A stretch of DNA of 32,000 nt from an uncultured Chloroflexia bacterium (GTDB taxonomy: Bacteria > Chloroflexota > Ktedonobacteria > Ktedonobacterales > JADMIN01), in contig CAVRAI010000007.1 of the NCBI GenBank assembly GCA_963718915.1, positions 1 to 32,000 on the forward strand. Reading direction: 5' to 3'. Made by a program: the position numbers and the translations under genes. Under the pieces are notes generated by a model. It was not told the DNA's origin. It saw only the letters and a list, made by a program, of their open reading frames with translations, and did not search any database. Within the stretch, counting starts at the first letter, position 1, and every line of letters starts with the position of its first letter. Below are positions 14,966 through 24,253 of the stretch, piece by piece.

Positions 14966-16651
14966 TGGGGATATGCTTCCCTTCGCGCTCCGCCCAAAGC
15001 ACGATGGCGCGCTATAGCTAATTGTCGGCGAAGCGCCAGCGGCGCCGTTTGTCGGGTTAATGGTGATCGAGTTGTTCTGCGGCAAGGAGACGAATGCGGG
15101 CGAGAAGGTCAGCGTAATGGTTCTGCTGGCGCCAGCGCCCAGCTCACCCGAACCTGGCCGCACCGTAATCACATTACCTGTGAAGTTCGGCTTTTGCGCG
15201 CTCCACCCGGTTGACTCCGGCCCCAGATTCCTCAGTGTCACCGTAAACGTCCGATCATTGCCACTGCAACCAAACTGCACGCTGGTCGGCGAGACGCGCA
15301 ACCAGTTGACGACCGGCGTAGGCGACGGTTTCGGGGTGGCCGTTGGCCATGGGGTCGCGGTTGCGTGAGGGGCAATGTTGCCTGTGTTGTTAGGGTTGAA
15401 GTTGTTGAAGAGATTCGGCAGCGAGCCACTCGCCAGCACGATGGCCATCGTCAGCAGCAACACACCCGCGGCGCCCAGCAGCGCCAGGATGCCAAGAGTG
15501 CGCGGCTGCAAGATAGGTGAGACTCCATCGCCTGAGGGTTGTGGAGCCGAGGGCCACGCGGGCGCGCCGAAGCCACCCTGTCCGCCACGATACGCGCCAT
15601 CGTAGAGCGTCGGTGCGTCTGGGCCTTCACGGAACTGTGGAAGGTCAGCATCGGTTCCACCCGAAAGCACGGGCGGAGCATACCTGGAGTTACTGCGGGA
15701 TGTTGTGGCCGCGAGCAAGGTCTGCGGCTTCGTCCGCGCGTTGACAATGCTCCCCGTGGTGGGGATGCCGGTGCTGGCCGCGTGGAGCGCGCGGGCAAAC
15801 GCGCCAGTAGAACCGGGGCGGTGCGATGGATCCTTCGCCATCGCCCAGGAGATCGCCTCATCCACGTCGCGCGAGACATCGCGTCGCATCGAACGTAGTG
15901 GCCGTGGTGTCTCGGTCAGGTGGCGCGCCAGAATCCCGTTCAGATCGTTGCCCTCGAACGGCGTGTGGCCCGCCAGCAGCGCATATGCCACGACGCCAAG
16001 CGCGTAGGTGTCGGTTGCCGCGCTGACGGCGTCGCCGCGCACCTGTTCAGGAGCCATATATTCCGGGGTGCCCATCGCCGCGCCTGAAACCGTTAGATCA
16101 CCGCCCTCGAAGACCGAGGCCACCTCAGGCAAATCCGCCATATTCAGCGGGCGAGCGATGCCGAAGTCTCCCAGCAGCAGCCTGCCATCGGGGTGCAGCA
16201 GCAAATTAGACGGCTTGACATCGCGGTGAACGATGCCATGCTGGTGGGCGTAGTCAAGCGCCGCGGCGGCCTGGTCGATGTAGGAAATCACCTGCGCCAC
16301 CGTAAGCCGGGCATCAGGCGCGAGGAAGTTCGCCAGCGAGCCATCTGAGAGATAGGGCATGACGATATAGGCCAGCTCGTCCTGTTCGCCAAACTCGTAG
16401 ATCGGGACGATATTGGCGTGATCGAGCGCAGCCGCTGCGTCAGCCTCACGGCGGAAACGCGCCAGGAATATCTGCCAGGCGTCATCGTCGGCGGCGAGTC
16501 CAGGGCGCAGCACCTTCACCGCCACATGGCGGCGCGGTCGCTCCTGGCGTGCCAGATAGACCGCGCCCATGCCGCCGATGCCGAGCGGGCGCTCGAGGAT
16601 AGATGACCCAAGCCGTCTGCCAATTAGCGCGTTTGCGTTCCATACATCCAT
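14912..16651 (-). CDS. Hanks-type Ser/Thr protein kinase with one TM helix and an extracytoplasmic Ig-like C-terminal domain
   Basis: Kinase motifs are GIGGMGAVYLA, AVKVL, HRDVKPSNLLL, DFGIA and GTPEYMAPEQ. The TM helix is ILALLGAAGVLLLTMAIVLA. The 3' end overlaps the convergent gene by 54 nt. Confidence 0.9.
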   Translation of the reverse strand: MDVWNANALIGRRLGSSILERPLGIGGMGAVYLARQERPRRHVAVKVLRPGLAADDDAWQIFLARFRREADAAAALDHANIVPIYEFGEQDELAYIVMPYLSDGSLANFLAPDARLTVAQVISYIDQAAAALDYAHQHGIVHRDVKPSNLLLHPDGRLLLGDFGIARPLNMADLPEVASVFEGGDLTVSGAAMGTPEYMAPEQVRGDAVSAATDTYALGVVAYALLAGHTPFEGNDLNGILARHLTETPRPLRSMRRDVSRDVDEAISWAMAKDPSHRPGSTGAFARALHAASTGIPTTGSIVNARTKPQTLLAATTSRSNSRYAPPVLSGGTDADLPQFREGPDAPTLYDGAYRGGQGGFGAPAWPSAPQPSGDGVSPILQPRTLGILALLGAAGVLLLTMAIVLASGSLPNLFNNFNPNNTGNIAPHATATPWPTATPKPSPTPVVNWLRVSPTSVQFGCSGNDRTFTVTLRNLGPESTGWSAQKPNFTGNVITVRPGSGELGAGASRTITLTFSPAFVSLPQNNSITINPTNGAAGASPTISYSAPSCFGRSAKGSISPLPIASNATAGDKRQGHG

Positions 16652-16681
16652 GTTGTTGTCACTTCCGCGTCGCCACTGGCG

Positions 16682-17014
16682 CTAGATCCGCTTCTCGATG
16701 GCTTTGCCAACCTCGCCGACAATGCCACCGAGATTTCCCAAATCACCTTCGACGGTCTTCTCCGCCTCTTTCACCGCCCCAATCAAAAATCGAATCACCT
16801 CGACCATCAGCACGGTCAGCCCCGCGGCGTAGGCCAGGGTGAGGCCGATCGCGGCGGCGACAATGTGGGTTACGACGGTTGGGCCGCCCTTGGTCTCAAA
16901 AAATGAGAACCCTTCAACGATGGCCGCCCCGATAAGTCCAAAAATGAGGAACCAGAGCAAGATGCGCCAAATCGCGCGCCCCAAGCCGCCTAAAAGATGC
17001 CCTACGACACCCAT
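16682..17014 (-). CDS. Small integral membrane protein (2-3 TM), upstream of and probably co-transcribed with the kinase
   Basis: ATG 17014 is preceded by GGAGGTG. Hydrophobic helices are ILLWFLIFGLIGAAIV and IVAAAIGLTLAYAAGLTVLMV. The gap to the kinase start is 30 nt. Confidence 0.6.
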   Translation of the reverse strand: MGVVGHLLGGLGRAIWRILLWFLIFGLIGAAIVEGFSFFETKGGPTVVTHIVAAAIGLTLAYAAGLTVLMVEVIRFLIGAVKEAEKTVEGDLGNLGGIVGEVGKAIEKRI

Positions 17015-17362
17015 GGTCCTGCACCTCCAGTGCGAATCGGTCTCAAGGTACCTGCGATTCGGTTTCCGCAAGTAGCGCGCCCCACGGGCGGCGTACCTAA
17101 GTGTAACATGGATAGTTGCTTGCTGCTAGCACGCTGGGAGGGAAGGCACAGCGGACCGATCTCCTCCGCAGCAACTATCACCGCGCCACATGAATACACC
17201 ATGAATGTGTATATAGAATCACCATTCGTGACGTTCCCACACGGAAAAGCCCCAAATCGGCTATCGTGACACCGCGATGGATGCGCGTCTGATGGGGGCG
17301 ACAGGCCCGATATTTCCTGGAATGTGGCCATGGGGGAGCGTGCGTCGTCAATTGACAGCCGA

Positions 17363-17371
17363 TGATACAAT
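17363..17371 (+). promoter_or_regulatory. Extended -10 promoter candidate (TGATACAAT) for nuoJKLMN
   Basis: The sequence matches TGnTAnAAT and lies 98 nt upstream of nuoJ. It sits in a ~400-nt lower-GC non-coding region. Confidence 0.4.
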
Positions 17372-17468
17372 CAGAGATGGTGACTCGCTTCGAGGCGCTT
17401 TCGTCTGCCTCAAACATCCTCAGATGAGTTGCTGCGGTCCAGCGGCCAGTTTATAGAGGAGCAACTTC

Positions 17469-18005
17469 ATGCCTGATTTGGCGACCGTGGCGTTTTACGT
17501 GATCGCGGTGCTGCTGGTAGGATCGGCGTTGGCCGTGGTGCTGCTGCGTAATATCGTGCGCGCGGCGCTGTTTCTGGCGCTGTTCTTCGGGGCGGCAGCC
17601 GGAATCTATGTGCTGCTCAACGCCGAATTTATCGCAATCGTCCAGATACTCATCTACGCGGGCGCGGTCACGGTGCTGGTGCTCTTCGCCATCATGCTGA
17701 CCCGTGACGCGATGACCTCATCCAACGCCAACCCCTTCGCGGGGCAATGGTGGCTGGCTGGCATCATCTGTGTGGTGCTGGCCGTGGGCGTTATCTACGC
17801 CGTCGGTAGCAGCACGATGGCGCTCGCCAGCGCAAACGCCTCGGCCAACCTGGCCAATGCGGGCGACGCGGGTGGCTCGGTCGTCCGGCTGGGACAGTTG
17901 CTCTATAGCCCCTTCGATTACAGCTATGTGCTGCCCTTTGAAATCGCCTCCATCGTCATACTGGTAGCGATTGTGGGCGCGATTGTGATAGGCCGGGAGG
18001 ACTAA
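17469..18005 (+). CDS. nuoJ: NADH-quinone oxidoreductase subunit J
   Basis: The SD is AGAGGAG. The sequence reads FYVIAVLLVGSALAVVLLRNIVRAALFL...AEFIAIVQILIYAGAVTVLVLFAIML. Confidence 0.9.
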   Translation: MPDLATVAFYVIAVLLVGSALAVVLLRNIVRAALFLALFFGAAAGIYVLLNAEFIAIVQILIYAGAVTVLVLFAIMLTRDAMTSSNANPFAGQWWLAGIICVVLAVGVIYAVGSSTMALASANASANLANAGDAGGSVVRLGQLLYSPFDYSYVLPFEIASIVILVAIVGAIVIGRED

Positions 18006-18010
18006 GCGCG

Positions 18011-18334
18011 ATGGTGACACTCAACGCAGTTCTGGTGCTGGGCGCGGTCATCTTCTGTATCGGCCTGTTTGGCGCGCTGAGCCGCCGCAATGCTGTCGGC
18101 ATTCTGATGAGCATCGAGATCATGCTCAACGCCGTCAACATCACGCTCGTCGGCTTCGCGTCCGCCTTCGTTCACCACGGGACGCTCGGAGGCCGCCTCA
18201 CCGGTCAGGTCTTCGCCATATTTATCATTACCGTGGCCGCCGCCGAGGCCTCAGTCGCACTGGCGATGATTATCGCCATCTATCGGCGAAGGAACACGAT
18301 TGACGTCGGCCAGATTAATTTGATGCGCTGGTAG
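18011..18334 (+). CDS. nuoK: NADH-quinone oxidoreductase subunit K
   Basis: The SD is GGGAGGA. The sequence reads FCIGLFGALSRRNAVGILMSIEIMLNAVNI...AAAEASVALAMIIAIYR. Confidence 0.9.
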   Translation: MVTLNAVLVLGAVIFCIGLFGALSRRNAVGILMSIEIMLNAVNITLVGFASAFVHHGTLGGRLTGQVFAIFIITVAAAEASVALAMIIAIYRRRNTIDVGQINLMRW

Positions 18335-18402
18335 TCGCGACGGGGTCCGGCTCCACGCCGGGCAACATCGCACGCCGACGCATACGGCAACGGAGCTGGA
18401 GT

Positions 18403-20586
18403 ATGGTACAGTTCGCCTGGTTGATTCCCGCGCTGCCTCTGGCCGCGCTCATCATCGTCCTGCTGGTGACGCGCCCGCTGGACGTTGCCGCGCGCCCGCG
18501 TGTGCCGCGCCCGGCGCCACCTGCTGGCGATGCGCATGGCGCAGCCGACGCCCACGCTGTTGCGGCGACCACAGGCCACGAGCACGAGGCCCACGCCGCG
18601 GACGATAGTGGGCATGATGATGGCGGCGGCCACGATGAGCATGGCGGCGCGACGCCGTTCTGGGCGCGGGTCGGCAGCGCCATCACGACTGTAGCGATGC
18701 TCGCCGCGTTCATCATCGCGGTCATCATCTTCTTCCAATTCCTGACCAACACTATTCCCGCTTCATTTTCTGTGCCGTGGGCAACCAAAGACCCGACTGG
18801 CGGCGGGGTAACGCTTCATCTCTACAACTGGTTCAACTTTGGCCCATTGCAATACGCGATTGACTTCCGCATAGATACGCTAACGGCGATCATGCTGGTG
18901 GTGGTGACGGGCGTCTCGATGCTGGTGCATCTCTACTCCAGCGGCTACATGGCGGGCGACCTCGGCTACTCGCGCTTCTTCATCGAACTCTCGTTCTTTA
19001 CCGTCTCGATGCTCATCCTCGTCCTCGGCGCCAACTTCCTGGTGCTCTTCATCGGCTGGGAGCTGGTGGGCCTCTCGTCCTACCTGCTGATTGGCTTCTG
19101 GTTCGATGTGGCGCCGCCCGGAGATCCCGCCGACCCCGACACCCCGCCCTATCCGCCGCCCGCCGCGCTCAAGGCGTTCGTCACGACGCGCTTCGGCGAC
19201 TTCGGCTTCCTGATAGGCATCCTGATACTCTTCTTCGGTACCCAGACGTTCGATTTCATCCAGTTGCAAACGGCGACAACGAAAATGAATATCGCGCTGC
19301 TGACGCTGGCGATGATTCTGGTCTTCGCGGGCGCGGTCGGCAAATCGGCGCAGTTCCCGCTCCACGTCTGGCTGCCGGACGCGATGGCTGGCCCGACCCC
19401 GGTGAGCGCGCTGATTCACGCGGCGACGATGGTGGCCGCTGGCGTCTATCTGGTGGCGCGGCTCTTCCCGATCTACTTGGGCGTGGCTGGCCCGCAGGCG
19501 TTGCAGGTGGTGGGCTACATCGGCGGCTTTACGGCGCTCTTCGCCGCCACCATCGCGCTGACCCAGAACGATATCAAGAAGGTGCTGGCCTACTCGACCA
19601 TCAGCCAGCTTGGCTATATGTTCGTCGGCCTCGCTGTCGCGGATACCAATGCGACCGGTATGTTCCATCTCGTCACACACGCCGCCTTCAAGGCGCTGCT
19701 CTTCCTCGGCTCTGGCTGTGTCATTCTCGCGGCGCACCATATCCAGGATATGCGCAAGATGGGCGGGATGGCGCGCTTCATGCCGATCACGGCGCTCACC
19801 ATGCTCATCGCGACGCTCTCGATCTCCGGCATTCCACCGTTCTCGGGCTTCTGGAGCAAAGACCCAATCATCGGCGCGGCCTACGACTATGGCATGGCTC
19901 ACGGCAGCTTCTGGCTCTACGGCATGACCGCCTTCACCGCCTTCCTGACCGCTTTCTACATGTTCCGCCTCTACTTCATGACCTTCGGCGGGCGTGGCGG
20001 CGGATTCGCGGGCTTCTGGGGCGGCCAGCAGCAATATCGCAGCGAGGGAGAGCCACACGAAGCGCCGTGGACGATGTGGCTGCCGCTGGCGATTCTGGCC
20101 GTGCCGACGGTGATCCTCGGCTTCTGGAGCATCAATAGCGGCTTCGCCGACTATCTGACCGGGAAGCAGATCCCCTACACGAATCCCTTCAGCGAAACGC
20201 TGACCTACACCGGCATCGCGGTCGCGGTGGTGGGTGTCGCGCTGGCATGGCTGATGTACGGCATCGAGGTGCTGCCGAAGACGCTCTTCACCGGCAACCC
20301 GGTTGGCGGGTTCATCTATCGCGTGCTATTCCACAAGTATTATCTGGACGAACTCTACGGCGCGATCATCAAGTACATCGTGCTGGGCGTGGCCAAGGGC
20401 TGCGAGCTATTCGACAAATACATCATCGACGGACTGGTCAACGGGATCGGTAGTTCCATACGCGGGCTGGCCAGTGTCTCCAAGCGATCCGAGACCGGGT
20501 TGGTGCAAAACTACGGCGCGGCCATGTTTGGTGGCGTCATCGTCATACTGGTGATTGTCTTCTTCGCGGTCGGCGCGCTGAAGTAG
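18403..20586 (+). CDS. nuoL: NADH-quinone oxidoreductase subunit L, with a His/Asp/Gly-rich insertion after TM1
   Basis: Motifs are GWELVGLSSYLLIGFW, KSAQFPLHVWLPDAMAGPTPVSALIHAATMV and ISQLGYMF. The insert lies at nt ~18475-18660. Confidence 0.9.
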   Translation: MVQFAWLIPALPLAALIIVLLVTRPLDVAARPRVPRPAPPAGDAHGAADAHAVAATTGHEHEAHAADDSGHDDGGGHDEHGGATPFWARVGSAITTVAMLAAFIIAVIIFFQFLTNTIPASFSVPWATKDPTGGGVTLHLYNWFNFGPLQYAIDFRIDTLTAIMLVVVTGVSMLVHLYSSGYMAGDLGYSRFFIELSFFTVSMLILVLGANFLVLFIGWELVGLSSYLLIGFWFDVAPPGDPADPDTPPYPPPAALKAFVTTRFGDFGFLIGILILFFGTQTFDFIQLQTATTKMNIALLTLAMILVFAGAVGKSAQFPLHVWLPDAMAGPTPVSALIHAATMVAAGVYLVARLFPIYLGVAGPQALQVVGYIGGFTALFAATIALTQNDIKKVLAYSTISQLGYMFVGLAVADTNATGMFHLVTHAAFKALLFLGSGCVILAAHHIQDMRKMGGMARFMPITALTMLIATLSISGIPPFSGFWSKDPIIGAAYDYGMAHGSFWLYGMTAFTAFLTAFYMFRLYFMTFGGRGGGFAGFWGGQQQYRSEGEPHEAPWTMWLPLAILAVPTVILGFWSINSGFADYLTGKQIPYTNPFSETLTYTGIAVAVVGVALAWLMYGIEVLPKTLFTGNPVGGFIYRVLFHKYYLDELYGAIIKYIVLGVAKGCELFDKYIIDGLVNGIGSSIRGLASVSKRSETGLVQNYGAAMFGGVIVILVIVFFAVGALK

Positions 20587-20611
20587 CGAGAGGGAAAGGA
20601 GAACACGCGCT

Positions 20612-22164
20612 ATGCTTACCGCCATTGTCTTCCTGCCCCTGCTCGCGGGCGTCATCGTGCTGCTGGCGCCGGAACGTTCGGCGCGCTGGATCGCCGCGAT
20701 CTTCACGGGGGGCGTCTTTCTGCTGAGCCTCTGGCTCTACTTCGGGCTGCTCGGCGGCAGTTTCGGCGATGTGGCGCACCCACAGTGGTATGAGCATCTC
20801 AACTGGATCAATCTCCAGGTCGGCAGCACCACCTTCCGCGTTGATTACGCGCTCGGCGTCGACGGCCTGAGCATCCTGATGCTGATCCTCAACGCCTTGC
20901 TCAGCTTCCTCGCGGTCATCGGCTCGTGGAATATTCAGCCGCGCCAGAAGTTCTACATGGCGTTGCTGCTCTTCCTGGAGACCGGCGTCGCGGGCGTCTT
21001 TGCCTCGTACGATCTCTTCCTCTTCATCTTCTTCTGGGAGGTGGAGCTGATCCCGATGTTCCTGCTGATTGGCATCTGGGGTGGCGCGCGCCGCGAATAC
21101 GCCGCGTGGAAGTTCCTGCTCTATACACTCATCGGCTCGGTCTTCACGCTCGGCGGCATCTTCCTGCTCTACTTCCAGACCGGCGGCAAGTCGGCGAACT
21201 TCCAGTATCTCTCCGTGGCCGGGCCGCGGATAACGGGCACGATTCCGTTCTTCAGCACGTCGCTCTCGCTGCCGGTGGTGATCTTCATCCTGATCTGCGT
21301 CGCCTTCGCGGTGAAGCTGCCGATGTGGCCGGTGCATACCTGGCTGCCAGACGCCCATACCGAGGCGCCGACGGCGGTCAGCGTCCTGCTGGCGGGCATC
21401 CTGCTGAAGATGGGCGCGTATGGGCTGATCCGCATTGGCTTCGGCTTCTTGCCGCAGGGACTGGAGCCTATCGCCGCCTGGCTGGGCATCATCGGCGCGA
21501 TCAGCGTGCTCTGGGGCGCGGGCGCCTCGATGGTGCAGAACGACATGAAGCGGATGATCGCCTACTCCAGCGTGAGCCACATGGGCTACATCTCGCTGGG
21601 CGTGGCGGCGGCGGCAGTGGCGACCACCGCCGGAAATCTGGACTTCCGCCAGGCGGCGCTGACCGGCGCGGCGCTCCAGATGGTGACGCATGGGCTCATT
21701 ACCGGCATGCTCTTCTTCTGCGTCGGCGTGCTCTACGACCGCGCCCATACCCGCGAGATAGACATTTTCGGCGGCATTGGCAAGGTGATGCCCTTCCTAA
21801 TGCTGCTCTACTCGTTCGCGTGTTTCACCTCGCTCGGTCTGCCGGGCGGCGCGTGGATTCGTCGCCGAGTATCTGACCTTCACCGGCTCGTATGCGACAC
21901 TGCCCGTGCAGACGATATTCGCGGTCTTCGGGGTCGTGCTGACGGCGGGCTACCTGCTGTGGATGCTGCGACGCTCGTTCTATGGCGCGCTCAACCCCAA
22001 GTGGGCCTGGCTCACCGATGCCACGCTCGCGCGAGCGGGTGATTCTGGTCTCACTCGCGCTGGTGATCCTCTTTAATTGGCATCTATCCCGGCCCATTCA
22101 TTGATTGATCACGCCAAGCCTGCATCATATGCTCGCGACGGCGCAGAGTCTGGTGGCACGATAA
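20612..22164 (+). pseudogene. nuoM: NADH-quinone oxidoreductase subunit M; last ~100 codons need four frame changes (true decay or assembly indels)
   Basis: The SD is AAAGGAGAA. The gene is intact and NuoM-like up to ...SLGLPG (~21847), including WEVELIPMFLLIGIWGG and KLPMWPVHTWLPDAHTEAPTAVSVLLAGILLKMG. The uninterrupted ORF runs to 22042 but is out of the homology frame. The homology-consistent reading ends at TAA 22162-22164. Confidence 0.8.
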
Positions 22165-22189
22165 CGCTCTAAGGCAGGAGATAGTTCCG

Positions 22190-23687
22190 ATGACATCTCA
22201 TATTGATGCGGCGCAGATATGGCTGCTCTCGCCAGAGCTGAGCGTGGTGCTGCTCTCGTTTCTCGTGCTGATGCCTGGATCTGGTGACGCGCCGCAAAAC
22301 GCTAGTCTGGGCGGTGGCGTTCTTCGGCCTGCTTGTGCCGCTGGCGCTCACGCTCTCGCTGACGTTCAACTGGTTCGGCCCGCGCCCAACCACCGGCTTC
22401 TTCGGCATGCTCACCACCGACTCCTACGCGCTCTTCTTCAACTATCTGTTCCTGGTCATCGGCTTCGGCGTGGTGCTGGTCTCCTTTCAGTATGTCGAGA
22501 AGTATCTGCGGGCGACGCCGGGTGAGTATTACGCCATCATCCTGATGTCGCTGGCGGGCATGATGCTGATGGGCGGCACGGGCGAGCTGATTACGATCTA
22601 CATCGCGCTTGAGCTGACCAGCATCCCACTCTATATCCTCGCGGGCCTTTCGCGCCGGGATGGACGTTCGGCTGAGGCAGCCATCAAGTATGTGCTGCTG
22701 GGCGCGATGTCGTCGGCGATCCTGCTCTATGGCATGGCGCTGCTCTATGGCGCGACCGGCACGACCGATCTGGCTGAGATTGCGAAGACGGTCACGACGC
22801 TGGGCAGTGGCAACCTGATGGTGCTGGCGGCGGATATCTTCATCTTTGCCGGATTCGGCTTCAAGATTTCGGCGGTGCCGTTCCACATGTGGGCGCCGGA
22901 TATCTACGAAGGCGCGCCAACGCCCGCGACGCTCTTCTTCTCGGTCGGCTCGAAGGCGGCGGGATTCGCGGCGCTGATACGGGTCTTCGTCTTCGGTGGC
23001 CTCTTCGCGCATAGCGATGTCTATCTCTGGGTTGTGCTGGCGGTTGTAGCGGCGCTGACGATGACACTGGGCAATATCGTGGCGCTGGTGCAGACGAATA
23101 TCAAGCGCATGATGGCCTATAGTAGCATCGGCCAGGCGGGATACCTGCTGCTGGGGCTGGCGGCCATTGCCATCCACGATTCAGCGGTGGGCACGACGGC
23201 GGTGTTGGTCTTCCTCGTCGTCTATGTCATCACCAATATCGGCGCGTTCGCGGGCATCATCGCCCTGGCCGACGCGACAGGCAAAGAGAACATCCGCGAC
23301 TTCGACGGCTTCGGTCGGCGCAGCCCGTGGATCGCGGCGGGCATGGCGTTCTGTCTGCTGGCGCTGGCGGGCATCCCACCGATGGCGGGCTTCCTGAGCA
23401 AGCTGTTCATCTTCTTCACGGCCTGGGGCCAGGGCAGCGCGCTGACCTTCCTCGTCATCCTTGGCCTCATCAACAGCACCATCTCCATCGTCTATTACGC
23501 CAATGTCGTCTGGCGCATGTACGCCATCGAGCCGCAGAAGAAAGAGCGCATCCAGGTGCCTGGCTCAGTCTCGCTGACGATGGCGCTCGCCGTGATCGGC
23601 ATCTTCGCGTTGACCATCGTCATCGGCGTGGTGATGTCGCAGGCGGCGGGCGGCGCGGGCAGTCTCATTCAGGTGCTTGGCCACTAG
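22190..23687 (+). CDS. nuoN: NADH-quinone oxidoreductase subunit N, with a +1 frameshift at ~22274 (longest intact ORF 22284..23687)
   Basis: ATG 22190 has the SD AGGAGA. MTSHIDAAQIWLLSPELSVVLLSFLVLM continues in the next frame as LDLVTRRKTLVWAV... Further motifs are ELTSIPLYILAG, FKISAVPFHMWAPDIYEGAPTP and MAYSSIGQAGY. Confidence 0.85.
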
Positions 23688-23698
23688 CACGACAACGA

Positions 23699-23744
23699 AC
23701 CTCACCCCCTGGCCCCCTCCCCCACGAGGAGAGGGGATATCAGA
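23699..23744 (+). repeat. REP-like palindromic intergenic element, copy B
   Basis: ACCTCACCCCCTGGCCCCCTCCCCCACGAGGAGAGGGGATATCAGA aligns to the reverse complement of 5005-5050 and to 25490-25537. Confidence 0.7.
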
Positions 23745-23747
23745 GCA

Positions 23748-23791
23748 ATACCTCGCCCCTGGTTTCTCAGCCAGAAGGGTGAGGTATTTTT
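23748..23791 (+). terminator. Rho-independent terminator of the nuo block
   Basis: The stem is ATACCTCGCCCCTGG / CCAGAAGGGTGAGGTAT, with one G-U pair and a 2-nt bulge. The loop is 8 nt and the stem is followed by TTTTTG. Confidence 0.7.
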
Positions 23792-24076
23792 GTTGGGTTG
23801 GCATACACAAAATTGCGTAACCTGCCGCGTACCCCTATAGGGTGCGCCATTGGGCCGATAGCAAGCGCCTGGTGACATGCCGAAGCTCCCATGCGCGCGA
23901 AAGACCTGTAGGATGAGAGACGATTTCGAGGGATCGATATCGAATCAGGTGTGTATAGCAGCCACTCTGATAGTCCATTGATGCTGGCGCTCCTCGCTCG
24001 CATACCCTTAACGCCAGCACGCGACACGAGCCACTTGTCTCATGTAGCCATCCCCTGTAGCCGCATCCTCGTAGCG

Positions 24077-24133
24077 CCATGCCATGCCATACCATGCCAT
24101 GCCATACCATGCCATGCCATACCATGCCATGCC
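24077..24133. repeat. Tandem repeat, 15-bp unit CCATGCCATGCCATA x3.8 (pentamer CCATR x11)
   Basis: Direct reading. It lies in a ~460-nt non-coding region, ~120 nt upstream of the 24254 start. Confidence 0.9.
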
Positions 24134-24253
24134 CGGCGGAGACCGGGATGGTGAAGGACAGTCGGCCACATCCTGTGCGCCGACCGATGATGATCAGTCC
24201 AATGCTAGTGCGACACAATGCACCAACAATTGTTCAGAAATCAGGAGGGTAGC

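Noticed and set aside
17352-17357. TTGACA upstream of nuoJ as a -35 box
   Set aside because: It is only 8 nt from the TACAAT box, which is the wrong spacing. The promoter call rests on the extended -10 instead.
18880-23177. Long antisense ORFs within nuoL, nuoM and nuoN (18880..20058, 20543..21748 and 22302..23177, minus strand)
   Set aside because: They lie opposite clearly homologous nuo genes and have R/E/D/H/Q-rich low-complexity products. This is the typical high-GC antisense artefact.
23798-23816. Sigma-54-like TTGGCAT...TTGC upstream of the propeller gene
   Set aside because: The GG and GC dinucleotides are 15 nt apart instead of the canonical 12. The spacing is incompatible with a -24/-12 promoter.
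24077-24133. Possible CRISPR array
   Set aside because: The units are 15 bp and directly abut, with no spacers. No cas genes are nearby. It is a simple tandem repeat.
23835-24218. 127-aa minus-strand ORF containing GMVWHGMVWHGMVWH
   Set aside because: The repeat peptide is just the translation of the tandem DNA repeat. There is no SD and no domain, and it lies in an otherwise non-coding region.
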